Below are positions 7,499-15,734 of a DNA stretch of 33,624 bases, piece after piece. Both the position numbers and the translations under genes were made by a program. This DNA comes from Chloroflexota bacterium (GTDB lineage Bacteria; Chloroflexota; JAJPGV01). Location of the stretch: positions 1 to 33,624 of the forward strand of contig DAIUFO010000002.1 of the NCBI GenBank assembly GCA_036844545.1, in the 5' to 3' direction. Every line of letters starts with the position of its first letter. The stretch's first letter is position 1. Under the pieces are notes generated by a model. That model had not been told where the DNA came from. It worked only from the letters and a program-made list of their open reading frames with translations, and made no database searches.

Positions 7499-8434
7499 GT
7501 GCCGGCGCCCCCGCGCGACCCACGACATTTCTCACCCATATTCGTGCTGGCCACGGCCCGGTCGTTCTCCTCCGTGGTCACAGCGATGATCGGCCAGCAC
7601 CCGGACCTTGTTGGTCTTCCGGAGTTGAAGCTCTTCTGCTGCCGGACCATCGGAGAATTGGAGGCGTCGCTACCTCGGTACTGGATCGAGCGGGGAGTCA
7701 CCCACCGAAGTCCGGGATTGGTGCGTGCGGTAGCGGAAGTGGTGTTTGCCGACCAAGACCTTAACTCGCTAAACCGGGCTCTAGACTGGTTGCGGGACAG
7801 GCCCCACTGGTCCGGAGCAGACGTTCTCGACGTGCTGCTGGCCCGCTTGAGCCCGCGCACCGCCGTGGAGAAATCGCCCGACAATGTGTCCACCGACGCC
7901 TCTCTCGCGCGGATGGCCTCGGCCTACCCTGAGGCCCGCTACCTGCACCTCGCGCGACACCCCGTGAGCACGCAGCGCTCCATGCAGGAACATTGGGCCC
8001 GAACCGTACCTGCGTATTCCCTGGACAGTGAACCAATGTCGAGTATCTCCGCTTGGTATGACGTCAACTGCCGGATATTTCTTTTTGGCAGCGGGCTGCC
8101 ACCTGGCCGCTACATGCGTGTCAGGGGAGAGGATGTTCTCAACGACAGCGAGTCGCAGCTGCGAGCCATCGCGTCCTGGCTGGGGCTCCCTGCCGATCAC
8201 GGCGCTATTGAAGCCATGATGCACCCTGAAACGTCGCCGTTCGCGCGCTTCGGGCCGGTCGGCAGCGGGGTCGCCGGCGGGAACGATCCCAGATTTCTGT
8301 CCGATCCGGTACCCCATGGCGTGGCGCTGCCAGACACGCTGGAGCAGCCCCCAGGCTGGATAGGCGCATCCCTGTGGTCGATGGTGGTCGATCTGGCCTG
8401 TGCGCTCGGTTACCGTGACGAACGGACCACTTGA
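7499..8434 (+). CDS. Sulfotransferase-family protein
   Basis: PIFVLATARSFSSVV resembles the 5'-phosphosulfate-binding loop. ARYLHLARHPVSTQRS resembles the 3'-phosphate-binding RxPxD/S motif of PAPS-dependent sulfotransferases. The ORF track opens at 7442, overlapping the radical SAM stop. GTG 7499 is the first start after that stop, so the exact start is uncertain. Confidence 0.7.
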   Translation: MPAPPRDPRHFSPIFVLATARSFSSVVTAMIGQHPDLVGLPELKLFCCRTIGELEASLPRYWIERGVTHRSPGLVRAVAEVVFADQDLNSLNRALDWLRDRPHWSGADVLDVLLARLSPRTAVEKSPDNVSTDASLARMASAYPEARYLHLARHPVSTQRSMQEHWARTVPAYSLDSEPMSSISAWYDVNCRIFLFGSGLPPGRYMRVRGEDVLNDSESQLRAIASWLGLPADHGAIEAMMHPETSPFARFGPVGSGVAGGNDPRFLSDPVPHGVALPDTLEQPPGWIGASLWSMVVDLACALGYRDERTT

Positions 8435-8781
8435 CCGAGACCGCTCCTGGATCGGGGTCACAGCTCTGCTCGGGCTGTTCGGGCTGAGCACGGTGTCGCC
8501 GCCCGGCTTCTGCTCGGAGTCGGTGCTAACCTGTGGAGATGGCCCGCAGTGCGGGCCAGGACCCCGCCGGCATGACGCCGTCGAGGTCCGATGCCGGTCA
8601 GAGGCCGGCGCGACGCTTGAAGAAAGTCCTGGTCCAATGCTCCGCGCGGCTGTTACTCGGCATCTGACGCGTTGCGACCCAATCGAGAACCTATCGGAAG
8701 CCAGTCACTTTTCCCCCGTATCTGTCGTTCTAAAGACGCCTGGTCAAGTAAGAGAGGACGAGCCGGCAGCTCGACGAGTAT

Positions 8782-8788
8782 AAGGAGG
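8782..8788 (+). promoter_or_regulatory. Shine-Dalgarno sequence of the sheath gene, the first gene of the eCIS operon
   Basis: AAGGAGG lies 5 nt upstream of GTG 8794. Confidence 0.6.
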
Positions 8789-8793
8789 ATTCA

Positions 8794-10365
8794 GTGACCC
8801 CAGTCACGTATCCGGGCGTGTACATCGAGGAGCTGCCGAGCGGCGTCCGTACGATCACCGGCGTCTCGACATCCACCACGGCCTTCGTGGGGCGGGCGCG
8901 CAAGGGCCCTGTCGATATCCCGGTCGAGATCCACAGCTTCGGCGAATTCGACAGCATCTTTGGCGGTCTCTGGGACCAAGGTCCCATGAGCTTCTCCGTG
9001 CAGCAGTATTTCCTCAACGGCGGCCAGACCGCGGTCATAGTCCGCGTGGTGCATGGCGCGACGGCGACAGCGACGCGCTTCTCGATACCAGGTGGCGCCG
9101 GCGACCTGCTGCTGGACTCGTCCAGTCCGGGCGACTGGAGCAAGAATCTCCAGATAGCTATCGACACCAACACTTCGGATTCCGCCAATTTGTTCAATAT
9201 CACGGTGAGCGATCCGGGACCGCCCGCCGGCACCGGGTCCGGAGCATCCGAGATCATACGCAACCTCTCAGCCGACGTGACGTCGTCCCGCTTCCTCACG
9301 CCCATCCTGGCGCAGCAGTCCCGCTTCGTGCGCGTCGCGCCGGTAGCCGGCGCCATCCACAAACCAGATCCGACGGCCGTCGGGGCGCCTATCACATCGA
9401 CGTCGGCCGGCAGTGTGGCCGGGGGCGACGGCGACGCTATCCAGGATGCGGACGTCAACGATGCCGCCGGGCCTATCGGCAAGCACGGCATGTACGCTCT
9501 GGAGGATCAGGATATCTTCAACATCCTGGTCCTCTCGCCGCTGGACTTCGGCGCGGACGTCCAGGCTGGGACGTGGTCAGCCGCCGCGGGCTACTGTCGT
9601 GACCGGCGCGCCTTTCTCATCGTCGACCCGCCGGACGGGACCATCACGCCGCCCGCTACCGCCGCCAACAGTGGCTTCGCCGCACTCGCCGCGACCCTGG
9701 CGCCAAGCAGTCTGGAGGCTCAGTACGCGGCGTACTACTTTCCGCGCGTCATGGCCACCAACCCCCTTACCAGGGTCCCGCAGGAGTTTGCTCCTTCAGG
9801 CGCCATCGCCGGCATCTTCGCGCGCACCGACAGTGCGCGAGGTGTCTGGAAGGCGCCGGCTGGGCTCGAAGCCGGCATCAGTGGCATCCTGGACCTGGCG
9901 TACAACCTGACCGACGGCGAGAACGGCGTCCTCAACCCGCTCGGCGTCAATTGTCTGCGCACCTTCAACCTGATGGGCTCGGTCGTTTGGGGATCGAGGA
10001 CGGTGCAGGGCAACGATGCGTTGGCCAGCGACTGGAAGTACATTCCCGTACGCCGTCTCGCACTGTACATCGAAGAGAGCCTCTTCCGGGGGACGCAATG
10101 GGTGGTGTTCGAGCCCAACGACGAGCCCTTGTGGGCGCAGATACGCCTCAACGTCGGCGCTTTCATGCAGAACCTTTTCCGCCAGGGCGCCTTCCAAGGC
10201 AAGACGCCGCGCGACGCCTATTTCGTTAAGTGCGACGCCGAGACCACGACCCAGAACGATATCAACCTCGGCGTCGTCAACATTCTGGTCGGCTTCGCGC
10301 CGTTGAAGCCCGCCGAGTTCGTCGTGATCAAGATCCAACAGATGGCCGGCCAGGTCCAGGCTTAG
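8794..10365 (+). CDS. cis2: Contractile tail sheath protein (eCIS Cis2 / Afp2-4 equivalent)
   Basis: The N-terminus TYPGVYIEELPSGVRTITGVSTSTTAFVG and the C-terminal GVNCLRTFNLMGSVVWGSRT...KYIPVRRL are classic phage/eCIS tail sheath signatures. 523 aa. Strong SD. Confidence 0.95.
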   Translation: MTPVTYPGVYIEELPSGVRTITGVSTSTTAFVGRARKGPVDIPVEIHSFGEFDSIFGGLWDQGPMSFSVQQYFLNGGQTAVIVRVVHGATATATRFSIPGGAGDLLLDSSSPGDWSKNLQIAIDTNTSDSANLFNITVSDPGPPAGTGSGASEIIRNLSADVTSSRFLTPILAQQSRFVRVAPVAGAIHKPDPTAVGAPITSTSAGSVAGGDGDAIQDADVNDAAGPIGKHGMYALEDQDIFNILVLSPLDFGADVQAGTWSAAAGYCRDRRAFLIVDPPDGTITPPATAANSGFAALAATLAPSSLEAQYAAYYFPRVMATNPLTRVPQEFAPSGAIAGIFARTDSARGVWKAPAGLEAGISGILDLAYNLTDGENGVLNPLGVNCLRTFNLMGSVVWGSRTVQGNDALASDWKYIPVRRLALYIEESLFRGTQWVVFEPNDEPLWAQIRLNVGAFMQNLFRQGAFQGKTPRDAYFVKCDAETTTQNDINLGVVNILVGFAPLKPAEFVVIKIQQMAGQVQA

Positions 10366-10387
10366 GGCGAGGAGGAGACGAGCAACG

Positions 10388-10912
10388 ATGGCCCAGTTCA
10401 GCGTGAACCCTCAGCGCTTCGACCCCTACCAGAACTTCAAGTTCCGCGTCAAATGGGACGGCCGCTACGTCGCCGGGGTCAGCAAGGTGAGCGCCCTTAA
10501 GCGCACCACCGAGGTCGTCGAGCATCGCGAAGGCGGCGACCCGAGCACCGGCCGCAAGTCGCCCGGCCGCAGCAAATACGAGGCGATCACCATAGAGCGC
10601 GGCGTGACCCACGACACGGAGTTCGAGAAGTGGGCCAACAAGGTCTGGAACTTCGGCGCCGGGCTTGGCGCGGAAGTCTCCCTCAAAGACTTCCGCAAGG
10701 ACATCATCATCGACGTCTACAACGAAGCCGGCCAGCTCGCGCTGGCCTACAAGGTCTTCCGCTGCTGGGTGTCCGAGTTTCAGACCATCCCAGACCTGGA
10801 CGCCAACGCCAACGCCGTCGCCATCCAGCACATCAAGCTGGAAAACGAAGGTTGGGAGCGCGACGAGGCCGTCATCGAGCCCACGGAACCCAGCTTCACC
10901 ATCCCGGCATAA
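10388..10912 (+). CDS. cis1: Tail tube protein (T4 gp19-type; eCIS Cis1 / Afp1 equivalent)
   Basis: FDPYQNFKFRVKWDGRYVAGVSKVSALKRTTEVVEHREGGD...YEAITIERGVTHD matches the conserved phage tail region (tube) family. GAGGAGG at 10369-10375 precedes ATG 10388. Confidence 0.9.
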   Translation: MAQFSVNPQRFDPYQNFKFRVKWDGRYVAGVSKVSALKRTTEVVEHREGGDPSTGRKSPGRSKYEAITIERGVTHDTEFEKWANKVWNFGAGLGAEVSLKDFRKDIIIDVYNEAGQLALAYKVFRCWVSEFQTIPDLDANANAVAIQHIKLENEGWERDEAVIEPTEPSFTIPA

Positions 10913-10914
10913 GC

Positions 10915-11628
10915 ATGCCGCCAATCTCCGCGCAGGGCCTCCTCAGCCTATGGGAACGGGGCCGCGAGTTACACCCCGTGGACCGGGCGCTCACGCTGCT
11001 CGCCGCCGCTCAACCAGGCACGCCAGCCGAGGATCTGGCCTTGCTCACTTTGGGCGCCCGCAATGCGCGGCTCATCGCCCTGCGCGAGCAGACATTTGGC
11101 CCGCGGCTCGATGTCGTTGCGGACTGCCCGCGCTGCGCTGAGCAGCTCGAGTTCGGGCTCTCCACGTTCGACCTGACAGCACAACCCGCGGAGGGGGAGG
11201 ATGGGGCCGCGCTGGAGGTCGAGTCTGGCGGGCAGCGTCTCGGCTTTCGGCCGGTGGACAGCCGCGACCTTGCCGCCATCGTCGGCTGCCAGGATCCTGG
11301 CGAGGCGCGCCAACTGCTCGCCCGGCGCTGCTTGAGCGAGCCCAACGCTGGGGACTTGCCGCCCGACGTCGTGGACGAGCTCGCCAGGCGGCTGGCCGAA
11401 TGCGATCGCCAGGCAGAGATCCTGCTGGACCTGGCGTGTCCTTCCTGCGGCCACGCCTGGCAGCTCGCCTTCGACATCGGCTCCTTCCTGTGGGCCGAGC
11501 TCTCTGCGGAGGCCCAGCGCCTGTTTCACGAGATTGACGCGCTGGCGCGCGCCTACGGCTGGCGGGAAGCCGACATCCTCGCCCTCAGCCCGGCGCGCCG
11601 CCATCTCTACCTCGAGATGGTGAGCTGA
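10915..11628 (+). CDS. Conserved eCIS-locus protein with a split zinc ribbon (two CxxC pairs), function unknown; sits in the tail-assembly-chaperone position
   Basis: ATG 10915 lies 2 nt after the tube stop. The ORF-track entry 10630-11628 includes a spurious upstream extension overlapping the tube gene. CPRC (aa 71-74) and CPSC (aa 175-178). C-terminal YGWREADILALSPARRHLYLEMV. Confidence 0.7.
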   Translation: MPPISAQGLLSLWERGRELHPVDRALTLLAAAQPGTPAEDLALLTLGARNARLIALREQTFGPRLDVVADCPRCAEQLEFGLSTFDLTAQPAEGEDGAALEVESGGQRLGFRPVDSRDLAAIVGCQDPGEARQLLARRCLSEPNAGDLPPDVVDELARRLAECDRQAEILLDLACPSCGHAWQLAFDIGSFLWAELSAEAQRLFHEIDALARAYGWREADILALSPARRHLYLEMVS

Positions 11629-11672
11629 CGGCCGATTTCCTCAGCAGGCTGGCGGAGCGCACCCTCGATGGT

Positions 11673-12305
11673 ATGGCAGATGTCGCGCGTCCCCGGATCG
11701 AGCCGCTGTTCGCTAACGAGTCACGCGTGCAAGGGGACGCCGTCCCGAATGGCGCAGACGTAGACCTCGAGCTGCCCGCTGGGCCCTTGCCTCGGCCGGC
11801 GCGCCCGCGCAGCGCGCAGGCAGCGCCGCCGCGGCCGCTCGTATCGTCACTGGCCAGCGATGCCATGGAAGCACCCCTCGCGCCGGCCCGCCTTCATGTG
11901 AGGCCGCGGCGAGATGAACAGGCCCTTACGAGCGCGCGCGCCACCAGCCCGCTTGCAGCGGACGTCAGCAATCCTCGAGAATCGCGCCCGGGCTCGGAAC
12001 GGCACGAGTGGTTGCGGCCGGCGGGGGACGGACGCGAGAGCGACAACGCCAGCTTTGCCGCTCGCCCGACGCCGCTTGCATCCGACCACAATCCGCGAGC
12101 GGCCGGCGAGTCGCGGCCCGACCCCGGCCGGCAGGAGCGCCGGATGCAGGCCACCGCGCCACAACCGAGCGTTCGCGTCACGATCGGCCGCGTCGAGGTG
12201 CGGGCGGTCTTCCCGGCGCCGACGGCAGCGACTAGCCAGCCTCGACGCAGTCCCGAGCTTACGCTCGAAGACTACGTCAAACAGCGCAGCGAGGGACGGC
12301 GATGA
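11673..12305 (+). CDS. Low-complexity Pro/Ala/Arg-rich protein with an ordered C-terminal motif; candidate tape-measure-slot (Cis14-like) protein
   Basis: 210 aa from ATG 11673, mostly disordered-looking. It ends in VRVTIGRVEVRAVFPAP...LTLEDYVKQRS. The frame is open upstream to 11538 and encodes LTADFLSRLAERTLDG from CTG 11625, which overlaps the upstream stop as CTGA. There is no SD before ATG 11673, so the true start may be 11625. Confidence 0.6.
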   Translation: MADVARPRIEPLFANESRVQGDAVPNGADVDLELPAGPLPRPARPRSAQAAPPRPLVSSLASDAMEAPLAPARLHVRPRRDEQALTSARATSPLAADVSNPRESRPGSERHEWLRPAGDGRESDNASFAARPTPLASDHNPRAAGESRPDPGRQERRMQATAPQPSVRVTIGRVEVRAVFPAPTAATSQPRRSPELTLEDYVKQRSEGRR

Positions 12306-13522
12306 GCAACTTCCTCGCCATCGCCACCGTGACGGAGACGGTTCGCCAGCTCCTGCAAGCGGCGGTCGACGTGGATCTGCCAGGCACGACGGTGACGATG
12401 GCGCGGCCAGCGGACGACACCGTCGGGCCACAGGGCCCGCGCGTCAATGTCTTTCTCTACCGCGTCACACCCAACGCTGGCCTGCGCAACAACGACCTGC
12501 CAACGCGCCGCCCCGACGGCCAGCTGGAGGAGCGGCCCCAGACGGCGATCGACCTGCACTACCTGTTCAGCTTCTTTGGCGACGAGAGCCAGCTCGAGCC
12601 GCAGCGATTGCTCGGCACGGTCGTCCGCACGTTGCACGGCCAGCCGGTGCTGACGCGACAGACGATCGCCAGCGCCCTGGCCAGCACCACCTTCGGCTTT
12701 CTGGCCAGCTCTGATCTGGCAACGCAGCCCGAGCTGGTGAAGTTCACCCCGGCGGCGCTGTCGCTCGACGACCTGTCCAAGCTGTGGTCCGTCTTCTTCC
12801 AAGCGCCATTCGTGCTGTCCGTGACCTACGGGGCGACCGTTGTCCTCATCGAAGGCGGCGAAACACCCATGGCGGCGCTCCCGGTTCAGCGGCGCAACCT
12901 GCGCGTCCTGCCCTTCCGCCAGCCGTTCATCGAACGGGTGCTTGCCCAGGGCGGCCCCTCCGTGCCCATTGTCGCCGGCAGTGTGCTGTTGATCCGAGGG
13001 CAGCGGCTGCAGGGCGACGTCACCCTGGTGCGCCTCGCCGGCAGCCTGCTCACACCCGATTCCGTGACCGATACGGTTGTTTCGCTGACGCTCAGCGAGC
13101 CACCGCTGCCGGCGGGCGCGCTGCGTGCCGGGGTGCAAGGCGTCCAGATCGTGCAGCAGGTCCTTTTTGGCACCGCGGCCGATCCCCACCCCGGCTTCGA
13201 GTCAAACGTTGCGCCGTTCGTGATACACCCGTCCGTGACCGCGGTCGGTCTCGCCGGCAGTCTGGTCACGGTCAATGTCGACCCACCGGTGCGGGCCCGA
13301 CAGCGCGTCTCGTTGCTTCTGAACGAGCGCCTAGGAGCGCCGCCAGCGGCGCTGGTCTTCGCCACGCCGCCGCAGCCAGCCGACACCGCCGCGCCAGGGT
13401 TCACTGTCAGCGGCGTCGCGCCGGGCGAGTACTTCGTGCGACTCCAAGTTGATGGCGCCGAAAGCCCTGTCGATCTCGACCCGGCAAGCGCGCAATTCGG
13501 CCCAACGCTGACGTTCCCATGA
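12302..13522 (+). CDS. cis16: DUF4255 (Pvc16_N) protein, tail terminator/cap (Cis16 / Afp16 equivalent)
   Basis: MSNFLAIATVTETVRQLLQ...VNVFLYRVTPNAGLRNNDLP...IDLHYLFSFFG matches the DUF4255 N-terminal domain typical of eCIS loci. ATGA overlap with the upstream stop. Confidence 0.85.
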   Translation: MSNFLAIATVTETVRQLLQAAVDVDLPGTTVTMARPADDTVGPQGPRVNVFLYRVTPNAGLRNNDLPTRRPDGQLEERPQTAIDLHYLFSFFGDESQLEPQRLLGTVVRTLHGQPVLTRQTIASALASTTFGFLASSDLATQPELVKFTPAALSLDDLSKLWSVFFQAPFVLSVTYGATVVLIEGGETPMAALPVQRRNLRVLPFRQPFIERVLAQGGPSVPIVAGSVLLIRGQRLQGDVTLVRLAGSLLTPDSVTDTVVSLTLSEPPLPAGALRAGVQGVQIVQQVLFGTAADPHPGFESNVAPFVIHPSVTAVGLAGSLVTVNVDPPVRARQRVSLLLNERLGAPPAALVFATPPQPADTAAPGFTVSGVAPGEYFVRLQVDGAESPVDLDPASAQFGPTLTFP

Positions 13523-15486
13523 GCCTCCAGGCGGCGGCTGTGGAAACCTGGCAGGAGGCCAATAAACGCCACCTGGTGGCGGCGCTGGCAGGCGTCAAGA
13601 ATGCTCTCGAGCGCCACGCCGCTGGCGAGCCAACGCCGATCCTGACGGGCGCCCTGCCGGAGGCCGCGGGCGCCATTTCGCCGCCGCCGGCGCTCGATCG
13701 GCTGTGCACTGCCTTCAGCCTGACCCCGTTTGAGCGCGATGTCCTGCTGCTGTGCGCCGGCATCGAGCTCGAGTCCGGCTTTGGGTCGTTATGCGCGGCG
13801 GCTCAAGGCGATCCCCAGCGCGGCCAGCCGACCTTCAGCCTGGCTCTGGCAGCATTGCCGGACGCACACTGGAGCGCTCTGTCGCCGAGCGCGCCACTTC
13901 GCTACTGGCGTCTCATAGAGGTTGGCGCAGGCAGCACGCTGACGCTCAGCCCACTCCGCATCGATGAACGCGTGCTGCATTACCTGGCCGGCGTGCAGCA
14001 TATGGACGAGCGGCTTGCCGGCATCGTCGAAAGCGTGACGCCGGCCGAGGCTCTGCTGTCGCGGTCGCAACGCCAGGTCGCGGCGCTCGTGGCGGCAGTC
14101 TGGCGGCGAGGCCGAAGCTCAGGCCTCATCTCCTGTATTCAGCTGTGCGGCCCAGAGAGCGGAAGCAAGCGTGCGGTGGCGGCAGCCGCGTGCGCCGCCT
14201 CAGGGCTGAACCTGGCGGCCATTGCCGCCAGCAGCCTGCCAACGACGCCACACGAACTGGACGGCCTGATCCGCTTGTGGCTGCGCGAGGCAGCGCTCGA
14301 GGGCTGTGCGCTGTTGCTCGAGTGCGATGGCCTGGACTTCGCCGACGCAGCGCGCTCCGAAGCCGTGCGGCGCGTGATCGAGCAGGTCCATTCGGCGCTG
14401 ATTATCTCGAGTCGGGAGCGCCGGCCGGATGAGCCGCGGGGGCTGGTTACGTTCGAGGTCGGGCGGCCAGCCTCGAACGAGCAGGCCGACATGTGGCGGC
14501 AGGCCCTGGCGGAGACTGCGTGCGCGCCTGGGACGATCGAGGCGCTGGTATCCCAATTCAGCCTCGGCGCGCCCGCTATCAACGCCATTTGCGCCCAGGC
14601 GCTTGACCCCGACAAGAGCACAGCCGACATTCCCAAACGCTTGTGGGATGGCTGTCGCAGCCAGGCTCGGCCGCGGATGGAGGGCCTGGCGCGGCGCATC
14701 GAGCCTTCCGCAACCTGGGATGATCTTGTCCTGCCGGAGGCTCAGCTCCGTACGCTGCGCGAGGTAGCGGTGCACGTCCGGCAGCGAGCCAGAGTGTACG
14801 AGCAGTGGGGCTTCGCGGCCCGCTATGCCCGCGGCCTCGGCATCTGCCTGCTCGCTGCCGGCCCCAGCGGCACCGGCAAGACCATGGCCGCAGAGGTGCT
14901 GGCTAACGACCTGCAGCTCGACCTGTACCACATCGACCTGAGCCAGGTGGTCAGCAAATACATCGGCGAGACAGAAAAGAACTTGAGCCGCCTTTTCGAC
15001 GGCGCGGAGAGCGGGGCCGGCATCCTGCTGTTCGATGAGGCCGACGCGCTGTTCGGCAGGCGCACCGAGGTTAAGGACAGCCACGACCGCTACGCCAACA
15101 TCGAGATCAGCTATCTGCTACAGCGCGTGGAAGCGTATCGCGGCCTGGCCATCCTGACCACCAACATGAAAGACGCCCTGGACGCGGCATTCCTGCGGCG
15201 CATCCGGTTCGTCGTGCAGTTTCCATTTCCAGACGTGGCGCTGCGCACGCAGATATGGCGGCGCATCTTCCCCGGGCCCACGCCCACCCAAGACCTGGAC
15301 ATCGATCGACTGGCCCGCCTCAACCTCTCGGGCGGCAACATCCGCAACGTCGCCATGGGCGCGGCGTTCCTGGCGGCGGAAGCCGGCGCCGCGGTGGGTA
15401 TGCGGCACCTGGCCGTGGCCGCGCGGAGCGAGTACGCCAAGCTCGAAAAGCCGCTCAGCGAAGTCGAGATCGGGGGCTGGGTATGA
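13519..15486 (+). CDS. cis15: AAA+ ATPase (Cis15 / Afp15 / Pvc15 equivalent)
   Basis: Walker A GPSGTGKT at 14860-14883. Walker B ILLFDEAD at 15022-15045. A single C-terminal AAA+ module follows a ~400-aa N-terminal region, the architecture of eCIS ATPases. Confidence 0.9.
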   Translation: MSLQAAAVETWQEANKRHLVAALAGVKNALERHAAGEPTPILTGALPEAAGAISPPPALDRLCTAFSLTPFERDVLLLCAGIELESGFGSLCAAAQGDPQRGQPTFSLALAALPDAHWSALSPSAPLRYWRLIEVGAGSTLTLSPLRIDERVLHYLAGVQHMDERLAGIVESVTPAEALLSRSQRQVAALVAAVWRRGRSSGLISCIQLCGPESGSKRAVAAAACAASGLNLAAIAASSLPTTPHELDGLIRLWLREAALEGCALLLECDGLDFADAARSEAVRRVIEQVHSALIISSRERRPDEPRGLVTFEVGRPASNEQADMWRQALAETACAPGTIEALVSQFSLGAPAINAICAQALDPDKSTADIPKRLWDGCRSQARPRMEGLARRIEPSATWDDLVLPEAQLRTLREVAVHVRQRARVYEQWGFAARYARGLGICLLAAGPSGTGKTMAAEVLANDLQLDLYHIDLSQVVSKYIGETEKNLSRLFDGAESGAGILLFDEADALFGRRTEVKDSHDRYANIEISYLLQRVEAYRGLAILTTNMKDALDAAFLRRIRFVVQFPFPDVALRTQIWRRIFPGPTPTQDLDIDRLARLNLSGGNIRNVAMGAAFLAAEAGAAVGMRHLAVAARSEYAKLEKPLSEVEIGGWV

Positions 15487-15734
15487 ACATCGAGCTGCAC
15501 ATCGAGGAGCTGGTACTGCAGGGTTTCTCACACTCTCATCGGGGGGCAATTGGTCGGGCGATTGAAACGGAGCTGTCGCGGCTGCTGACCGACCGCGGCC
15601 TGCCCGCGTCCCTTTCCGGCGGCCGAGACGTGCGATCGCTCGATGCCGGCTCCTTTGTTGTGGAGCATGGCGCCCGCCCCAGCGCCATCGGAGCCCACGT
15701 GGGGCAGCTGCTTTACGAGGGGATGACCCGATGA
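15483..15734 (+). CDS. Small protein (83 aa) of unknown function, translationally coupled at both ends
   Basis: ATG 15483 overlaps the ATPase stop (ATGA). Its own stop overlaps ATG 15731 (ATGA). Product: [83 protein letters not shown]. In the ORF track it is hidden inside the 15255-15734 entry. Confidence 0.6.
   Translation: MNIELHIEELVLQGFSHSHRGAIGRAIETELSRLLTDRGLPASLSGGRDVRSLDAGSFVVEHGARPSAIGAHVGQLLYEGMTR

Noticed and set aside
8400-8783. A 127-aa plus-strand ORF filling the gap before the sheath gene.
   Set aside because: It starts inside the sulfotransferase gene, has an odd composition (Cys/Pro/Arg-rich), lacks an SD and shows no motif. I treat the region as non-coding leader.
10630-10914. 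Upstream extension of the 10630-11628 ORF (332 aa in the track).
   Set aside because: The extension overlaps the well-supported tube gene in another frame and is Arg/His-rich nonsense. ATG 10915, 2 nt after the tube stop, is the sensible start.
11538-11673. Possible programmed -1 frameshift fusing the zinc-ribbon protein to the disordered tape-measure-slot protein, by analogy with phage G/GT chaperones. The downstream frame is open for 45 codons upstream of its ATG.
   Set aside because: I could find no X-XXY-YYZ slippery heptamer in the zero frame across 11538-11628, and no obvious downstream pseudoknot or hairpin. A CTG start in a CTGA overlap explains the open frame more simply.
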